From positions 71,796,001 to 71,860,000 of the forward strand of contig NC_043002.1 of the NCBI RefSeq assembly GCF_006345805.1: a stretch of DNA of 64,000 bases, given 5' to 3'. The notes under the pieces were generated by a model that was given only the letters and a program-made list of their open reading frames with translations, was not told where the DNA came from and searched no databases. This DNA is from Octopus sinensis (Eukaryota). Position 1 is the first letter of the stretch; each line of letters opens with the position of its first letter. Below are positions 55,031 through 64,000 of the stretch, in pieces. Position numbers and translations under genes: made by a program.

Positions 55031-56387
55031 TAGTGTAGATTATAATATCGAAATCAACAGATGGAAATACAGCCATACATTTTTGCAAACAATATATACT
55101 GGATATTCTTGAAAATAAAATATGACTTCAAGGCAAATATCAGTCCTAAATACCGAAAACTCTGGTATTGAATTCCAAAGATAAAAGGAAACCTTCACCC
55201 TTTTACACCGAATCTATACTTGTTAAACTGAATGGAATGGAAGACTTAAAGACAATAACAGCCGAGAGGTAGTGACCAAAATTTATTGATCAAGACCTTT
55301 GCTGAAACATATGACATATTGCTCTCAGAAACAGAAGAAAATAACTTGGTAAAAAGTAACTAAATAAACTATTCAAGACTATTATCACATTATCTATCAT
55401 CAATTTGGAAAGAAATTCAGTATGTTCTGCTGTTACACTGCCACCACTAGCTACATTACTATATAAACTGATCTAAGTACAGCTTGACAATAATGTTTCC
55501 TTAATTTTATTGTGCTGAAGGTATTTGAACTTTTCTAGCGATATTTGGTAGATAAAACATCATAAGAAAAGATAATCTATAGCACTTATTTCAGGTTGTA
55601 TGCACTGAGCACGGTAACAAACATGTTTATAAAAAAACAAACAAACGAATAGACATACGGCCAAACCGAAAACTTTCTGTAGAAGCATAACTTTATTCCG
55701 ATATACTCTTAAAGAATATCGATTGTGTCGAGGTCTCGACCTATAACGGAAGAAATATAATATTATGTGACGTTCATATCTTTCTGAGAAACATTAGTGA
55801 CGTGAGCAAAACTAAGCGAATACAATCAGGGATCAAAACAATGTCGAGGTCTTGACTTAGTGGAAATTAATTTTGAGTTCGTTGTCATCTCAAAAACCAA
55901 TATATGGCTCAGAACGTAGCGGGAGGAGAGCAGTAATATTCGTACGAACATACTTTGATAAACCGCTTCCATTCCAGTTTGAAGACCGTTTGGTACATAA
56001 ATAAAACCGAACAACCCGGAAAAGGGTATGAGATTTTGTGACACACAACATAAGAGATGAAAGGATGTGATCGTCTCAACGTACTATAGCTCCAACTAAA
56101 TTTTCATTTAGATATCCACAACCATGCCTTTCAAAAAAGCACATAAGACACTTTTATACGAAAACACGGGATCATCACGACTGAAATGCATTTGACTATA
56201 TATCTCGATATGTTTGAATTGAAGAAATCTATCATCATCCTCGTTTTTACTAAATTATATTTACTTATTTGAATGACGGTAAAATGAATCATAGGAGTGC
56301 TTTACAGAATTGCATACGTGATGTGTTTCAAAGTATGATACGTCGGTGCAAATATTTTTCCTTTGTATCTTTCTTTCTCTCCTATAC

Positions 56388-56510
56388 ATGCATATAAACT
56401 TAAATCAGGAGAGATTTTTACGATAAAAGGTAATTTTACCTGTTCATCAAAAAATTTAATATATGCAATTAAATGAAAAGATGTAACGAGGATTAGATAG
56501 GTCAAAACTT
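56388..56510 (+). mobile_element. Penelope GIY-YIG endonuclease fragment
   Basis: FTIKGNFTCSSKNLIYAIK*K then frameshifted CNED*IGQ (CxSxNLIY...C..C...YIG pattern). Confidence 0.75.
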
Positions 56511-57488
56511 ACTATCATAAATAGACTGCCTATTCATCGCCAACAAATGCGAAACTCCAGTACTAGACAGATCCTACTGACTAGAAATATCTGTGAAAAT
56601 TAAGTTCCCCAAATTACAAGTCTTCTCACTTCACAGTTCAAACACGAATAAACAAAGAACATATATTCATACAAAAATGTACCTCGACTGAACAAACTTT
56701 AACAAAGTATATTCACCAACAGCTACTTACATGCAAACTCATTCTGCCATTCAACATGTTGAATCTACACAGCAAACAACCTAAACTTTGGGCACCATCA
56801 TGACTTCTCACATGACACTGGCACACGAATTTACTGAAGAACAACATTTTAAGGCAACGTACATACATACAGATCGTATCCATTCAGCCACTTGACTACA
56901 CACAACTCATGTCCACTTTACCAAAATTAAATTTAGAGAGCCTTGACGCTTTGGGTCTGTCACTGCACACATTCATTCAATCGTGCCAGCTTTCGCTTTC
57001 GGTGCAAAAATATTGTCACATGACCTTATCGCACAGAGTGGAGCGGAGAACGTATAAAAATGTCAAAGCCTATCAAAGTGTATCGCAAACATATACTGAT
57101 TTGAGCCATTTGAGTCAGATAAAAACAAGAAAAATTTCGAACTCCAGTCAGCATGAAGACGGTTGCAGCATAGCTCAACGTCTTTCTAAGCTTCTGAAAA
57201 TCAGAAAACGTCTGTGAAAACGGTTAAACATTCAAAAATAAACTATGTAAAACATTCCCTGTGCATTTTCAACTCCTCTCTTTTGTAGTATGTAGAATAA
57301 ACTACTTTTCTTATATAATATATATATAAACAAAATAAAACAGGGAAAACAACAACAGTTAATTGGATGTACACACTGAGTATATTACGTTGACGCTCAA
57401 TGAAAGACTTAGAAGAAATGTCCAGAGAAGAGAGAAAGTAGGACGGAACAGAGAAAGTCACCTGTGTAGTTACATTTATATATATCTC

Positions 57489-57555
<67 letters not shown>

Positions 57556-57828
57556 ATGAAGTCGGAGTTAACGAGAAGCAGCCGACTGGACATTTATTTG
57601 TAATCACTACAGCCATTTCTCTGCAACGTAGCTCTTCAGGCTTGCAGGTGTTTGGTTATGTAATTGTTTCCCTACATCATGAGATCCAATTGTGTTTCCT
57701 GAGGCGATATATAAATGAACAATACATACGTCATATATGTATGTACGTGGGCACGTATTAGCTAGCTAAAACAAATGACGATATCATCTAGAAAATGAAT
57801 GATATACCATACATACATACACACACAC

Positions 57829-57938
<110 letters not shown>

Positions 57939-57939
57939 A

Positions 57940-58122
57940 TAGTCACTACAGATTCTTTATTTTCTCTCCTTGTCTCTTTCTGTGTTCCTTTCTGTGGAAG
58001 AGCGTAGGCTCGAAACGTTAAAAACTTTTCCACTTCCCGAGCGTTATACTAATACATGTTTTTTTGTCTACACCACCTCTCTTCGGCTTTTGTTTGTTTT
58101 TCTTTTGTGAATTCTTCCCCTA
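57940..58122 (+). mobile_element. Short PLE pLTR fragment with hammerhead-like motif
   Basis: CTGTGGA-A-GAGC GTAG GCTC-GAAA-CGTT-AAA at 57992-58022; between (TA)n arrays. Confidence 0.7.
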
Positions 58123-58334
58123 TATATATACGTGTTAGTAGACAAACGAAAGGAGGGCACTCAATTTCCTTTGGCCAAAGACTAACATCACGCTTGAAAA
58201 TCAGTGTACAAAAGAGTTTCAATCAAACTGTTTTGATCCATTTATATGTGTGTGTTTGTGTATGTGTGTGTGTTTCTGTATGTGTTTGTGTGTCTGTGTG
58301 TGCACAGAGAGAGAAAATACATCTACATAAATAG

Positions 58335-58339
58335 TTAGG

Positions 58340-58402
<63 letters not shown>

Positions 58403-58430
58403 ATTGATAGATAGATATATAGATAGATAT

Positions 58431-58525
<95 letters not shown>
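58335..58525. repeat. (GATA)n microsatellite
   Basis: Direct reading. Confidence 0.95.
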
Positions 58526-58526
<1 letters not shown>

Positions 58527-58891
58527 AACAATGATTAATTCTACATCTCAACTTATTCATACTAGTGTTTTATTCATGTGAAGGTATCTTGTGTCTCCTA
58601 TCCATTTTAACATTCTTTGTTATAATATCTCCTTTTCCAGCCTAATGTCAGCCAGGCAGGACACCGAATTATAAACTAACGTCTAAATTTTAATATTCCT
58701 ATCATATATCCCATAATTAAAAAAATCTGCAATTTTGTAATTTTTTACAAAAATTGTATTAGTTGCAAGTTCTTTTGCAATTGTGGAGATAAATTGGACA
58801 GTCCAAAACAATCATTCTTATAATGGGACAGGAGATACTTTACGCATTATGTATGAAGTTGACCCAATACATCAATATTATATAAGTTACC

Positions 58892-59265
58892 GGTGTAGGC
58901 GTTGCTTCCCCACCTCTTGGTTCCAGGTTCAGTCTCACCGTGGGACACCTTGGGCAAATGATTTTACTATAGCCTCTGGACGACCATATTCTTGTGAGTG
59001 ATTGTGGTAAACGAAAACTGAAAGAAGCCCATCGTGTGTGTGTGTGTGTGCGTGCATACGTGCATATCTTTGCGTTTGTCCTCTACCACCGCTTGACAAC
59101 CGGTGTTTGCCTGTTTACGTCTCCGTCACATAGCACTTCGGCAAAACCGAACCGATAGAATAAATACTAGGCTTAAAGAATAAGAACTAAGGTCGATTTA
59201 TTTGACTAAAGCCCTCAAGGCTCTGTCCCAGCATTGTTGCAGTTCAATGACTGAAATAAATAAAA
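58892..59265 (+). mobile_element. SINE family B, diverged
   Basis: GGTTCAGTC...ACACCTTGGGCAAATG...GAAAGAAGCCCATCG...CCGATAGAATAAATACTAGG. Confidence 0.8.
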
Positions 59266-59945
59266 CCAGATAAAATATAACTTACGAAATAATACATTTT
59301 ATATGAAATCAATCCCTTTAGTTTGTTATTATCACAATTATAATTACAATTACAATTCCTACTGCATAAATTAGCAAAGAAATTAATTTAATTGAACTGG
59401 GCGATTAGTAATACATGAGAAGTAATGGACAGAATTTTTAGAACAGGACCACCCAAACACTGAGCCGAGGCCCAGTATGAAGCTGTAGATTATTTTGAAC
59501 GGGGCCGCACTGAAAGAATAAATATTTTAATTTTATTTCTGTTTTATTGTATATCATAATCTGCCAGATGGTTTAGTTTGTCGTATGTATTATGTAATAT
59601 ATGTGTATTATATATGTGTATAATGTATGTGTATTATAAATGTAATGAATAGGTTATATATTGTACAGTTAATATTGTGTTTGGTTATAAGCATGATACC
59701 ATGGTCTGTGGGAAAATGCTCTTGCAGAAAATCAATCGGTGGTGGAAAAGTATTTGACAAAAACAACCCAATTGACGATAACTTCTTATCTTCTATTATA
59801 ATACAATACTCAGCTCAGTTATTTGTATTATTAATTCTTGCAAATATTTTAATGGATTTATCATTGATTCAACATTTATTCTATGTCGCATTGCTTTATA
59901 AAAGATGACCTAGAAAGAACTAACCCATATATTGTCTTTGTGTCG

Positions 59946-59982
<37 letters not shown>

Positions 59983-61614
59983 AAACAATGAAAATTGTAA
60001 TACCTGAAAAGACATCTTCACACTTTTCCACAAACTTTATACTTGTGATTGTTGAAAATAAAACTTACAGGCAATTGTCATCCCCCCCCCCAATAGAGAA
60101 GCTTGTGATATTGAACTAGACAGATAAAAGAACATCACAATTTTACAAAGAATCTATACTTATTATTATTGAAACGAATATACTTAAAGGCAATATCAGC
60201 TGAAAGGTAGTGACCAAAATTTATTGATCGAGATCTTTGCTGATATTTATGATATATTACTCCAAGGAATAAAAAAAATTAACATGGTAAAACAAGAAAA
60301 CAACTCAATAGCGTGTTCATGTCTGTATTCATATCATCTATTATCGTTTTAGAAAGAAATTCACTCCACTCTAAAAACTCTGCCACCACCACTATCTAGA
60401 CTATCGCGTGAACTAAGTACAAAACTAGATCAAATATGACAATAACATTTATTTTCCTTCTATTTGCTAAAGCAATTTGAACTTTTCTAGTGATACTTGA
60501 AAGATAAAACATATCTATAGATAATATCTAAAGAACTTAATTCAAGCTATAGGCACTAAGCACAGCTACATATGTTTATGCAAAAAAGGAAAAGCACAGG
60601 GTCAAAGACATACAATTCTGTACGGATTTTTGCTATATTCTAATAAACTGTAAAACTATATCGATTGCCTCGAAGCCTCGACCTGAACTGAAGATACATA
60701 AGAATATATTGCTTTTCTCGCAAACATTAGTGATGCTCGAGAATAGAAATTATTTAAAGCATGCATTAAAATGCGATCAGAATCTCCACTATCAGAAAAA
60801 TATTTTGTATGCGTGTGTTGGGTTTTCTGTGAATATAGGCTACCTCAGAGTAATTCCAGTACTCACATCTGATTCCATTTCAGTATATTCTTTTCCTATA
60901 CTGTGCAAAAGCCTCCAGATATGCAATAGTGTTACAACATTCCGTCATCCATAAATAGATCGATTTTACTTTATACAAAGTCCTTCTGAATAATGATACT
61001 ATATTTAAGAAATGTATGACAATATCATAAGTGTCACATTTCGAAAAAGAAAGATTTCATCGTTTAGAAGACAATACGAAGATATGTGTAGAAAACGCAT
61101 AAAGATATGTTACTTTTTTTCTTGGTATTTTGATCCAAGACAAAGCTGGTCAAGGCTGTTCAAACCATAACCCTTACGTATATTTCGTAAATCTTGAACT
61201 ACATTATTTCCTAATTTCCTAATTTACAGAAGAATTGGGTCCGATAGCTACCTAAACATCTTAGACCCTTCTTCAGTTGCCTTAATATTTTACGTGATCA
61301 TTAAAAGTGAAATAAAATTCCCTTGAATGGTCAGTCGGTGTTAACAGATTTCTCCGAAATTTATTTTCTTTCTTGCGTTTGAAACAGGCTATCTTTCTGG
61401 AAATAGGATCGGATAATCACATACCGTGTTTTGGTATTAGGTTGTTTCGCAGGTAATGGCCGCTCTAAGTGTTGCGTTTTTAAACGCTATTTTATCATAG
61501 TATTTTAATTATATTTTAGGTGAATTTCGACATAATTAATAATTGAAGTATGCTCTTTAACAAGTTTCTACTTATTTCAGACAGAAAACATTCTTGAATC
61601 ATTGGCGCTCTTAA

Positions 61615-62520
61615 TTATGAATAAGACAAAAACGGACAATCTTACTTTTCTTGCATGAGTTCGACCTTGGGCACGACGCCTCCCAAACTGCTGCCAATAC
61701 AACAGAGCATGGGGCGAGGGATCCACAGGTAACCGCGCAGTACGAGGGTGGTTTCAGAAATTCCGTATTGATGATGACAGCCTTGAAGATGACGAAGGTA
61801 GAGGACGGTCATGCAGTTTTGACAATGAACAATTGGACGCAGTTGAACAAAACCCACGTCAAAATATGAAAGAAATGTCTCAGGCACTTTGTGTCGGTAT
61901 TGCAAGGGTCTCACGCAATCTGCAGAAGATTGGTAAGGTGAAAAATCTCGATATATGGGCACTGCATGAGTTCAATGAAAATCAAGAAGTTCGGCGTTTT
62001 GAGGTGTGCTCGATGCTCCCTCTGTGAAATACCAATGATATTTTTCTCGATTGAATAGTCACTTGTGACAAAAAGTGGATCCTTTATGATAACCCTAAAT
62101 GATCAGGTCAATGGGGATGTTTGAATCCCCCAAACATTTCCCAAAGCCAAATTTGCATCAGCAAAAGATTATAGTGACTTTCTGGTGGTCTGCAATTGGT
62201 GTTGTCCATTACAGCTTTCTGGAAGCCAATCAGCATTACAGCAAAGGGTTTCTGCAATCAACTCGCTGAAATGCATGCTCACTTGAAAAATATGAGTCCT
62301 GCATTGGTGAATCGCCGCTGCCCAAATCTACTCCACGATAATGCAAAATCACATATTGCAAGAATGACGCTGCAGAAACTCAGACTTCGAATACGAGACT
62401 TTACCATATGCTCCATATTCTGCTGATCTTCCACTGCATTTTCATCTGTTGTAGATATTTTAAGTAGAAAAAGAAATAAATTAGATGTCCACAGCAGAGG
62501 AACTATCAGACTCAGACTAA
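61615..62520 (+). mobile_element. Degenerate mariner transposase
   Basis: HEFDLGHDASQTAAN, GWFQKFR.DDDSLEDDEGRGRS, IVTCDKKWILYDN, LLHDNAKSH. Confidence 0.88.
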
Positions 62521-64000
62521 ATGAGTTCATTAAAATTGATTATATCTTGTGTGAGAAACACCAATATCAAGTTAGTCACGAACTGAATGGACTAAAAATG
62601 AACGACTTTATGAAAAATGATTTTGATATCTTGTGTCAAGCTAGTCACAAGCTGAATGGATTAAAAAAGAACGACTTTATGAAAAAGGATTTTGATATCT
62701 TGTGCTTATCTTTGTTTACTAAAATAAATTTTAAATTTTATCTCTTGTTTGCTAAAATAAATTTTGAGGTGTAAATAGACTATTTTGTCTTTCATTAAGT
62801 ATTTTAGTGTGAAAATAGAACAGCGTAAAATAAAATTAGAAGTGGTCTCTAAAAGGTTTTTCAAGTACAAAATGGTCCCTGGACTGAAAAATGGGAACCA
62901 CAGCTGCAAACGACATAAATTCAGTAAATGCCAGTATATCAGATTGATATCATCCCTGAAAAGAATGAAATCTAACAAACTCCAATGAGGTTTGAATTTA
63001 CAGAATAAAAAGATGAAACAGCTACATGCTCTAAGGCATCAAATTCAGTCTGCTGTCATTTCTGTAAAAGCAACAACCAAGGCGATTATTATCATATTAC
63101 TAACAATAAAAACTTAAATTCTTTTACTACCTGGCAACTTTTATTCATGGAACTTCAACGTCATCGCTTGACCTGCATAACTTAGAAGCATAACTTAGGC
63201 AACTTAGATGTTAGGTTTGTTCATCATGATGTCTGACTAGGAATAACCACGACTACCACTACTCCTTATTACGAAGGGTATTCCTCTCTATTAGAATGCC
63301 TTGGGTTAAACATCTAGAACGACATTTACAACTGTTATTCATTATTAAAATTAATTTCTGTTCATTTAATATAGTATTGTTATTAATATTTTATTCATAA
63401 TCTTTATGATTATAATATTAATTTCATCACTTTAGTCAGATATCCCTAACATTGCTAGTTTTGCATCCGATATTAGCGGAAAATATATTAAAAACGGAGT
63501 TTAAACAGACATTGCACTCTGAAGCTGCGTACAAATCAGATGATTAGAAAGTTTTCTGGTGTTTCCACCAAGCTTTTGAATTCATTCTGCCTCTAGGAAT
63601 GTAAATTAAATATTTAAAGAATTCTTTTGCACTACTTCCGATATATCTGTATAAAACTTTTGTTGACTGATTCGGTTTGTTGTTCCTCTTCTTCTTCTCT
63701 TCTTCTTCTTCTTCTTCTTCTTCTTCTTCTTCTTCTTCAAATCAGAACTCACGCTATTAACGACAAAGAATAATCTCTAATTCGAGCCTACTCTAAGCTA
63801 CTAATAATGCGTATGGCAACTTGAAGATCCACCCACCACACGCGAAAGCTACGTTGTTATCCTCATTCCGTAAACGGTGGCTTTTAACGGGTGGAGAGCT
63901 GAACCATCCTGGGGGTAGAGAGGATTCGCAATCTAGACTAGGGTCTGAAAGTTTACCACACCATAGTGGATTACACCATCGTTCTTTTGCTTTGTGGCAG

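Noticed and set aside
62568-62705. 69-bp tandem duplication giving a repeated peptide in ORF 62547-62774
   Set aside because: Local duplication at a mariner end; no coding evidence.
63980-64000. Acceptor-like TTCTTTTGCTTTGTGGCAG at the window edge
   Set aside because: Downstream sequence is not visible, so it cannot be evaluated.

Overview
Eukaryotic, very AT-rich, microsatellite-saturated DNA. The SINE families, the repeat spectrum and the GC-rich 28S fragment suggest a coleoid cephalopod such as Octopus; this is inference and was not verified. No intact protein-coding gene is supported, and almost all ORFs in the track are microsatellite artefacts. The window holds: (i) two pile-ups of R4/Dong-type non-LTR retrotransposon fragments in (TAA)n arrays, together with a ~570-bp non-coding (AAT)n-tailed element that may be their non-autonomous partner; (ii) several Penelope-like (PLE) remnants with fold-back ends and hammerhead-ribozyme motifs, including a canonical hammerhead with an unusually long stem II that bounds a 473-nt structured, retrozyme-like unit (12.0-12.9 kb), and a second family with a CUGUNGA core variant; (iii) four mariner copies; (iv) three tRNA-headed SINE families, one forming head-to-tail multimers with the same junction at separate loci; (v) an orphan ITS2-28S rRNA pseudogene; (vi) scattered, stop-riddled minus-strand exon remnants with fibronectin-III-like patterns (17-34 kb). 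SINE and degenerate-element boundaries are approximate; palindrome, TIR and ribozyme coordinates were read base by base.
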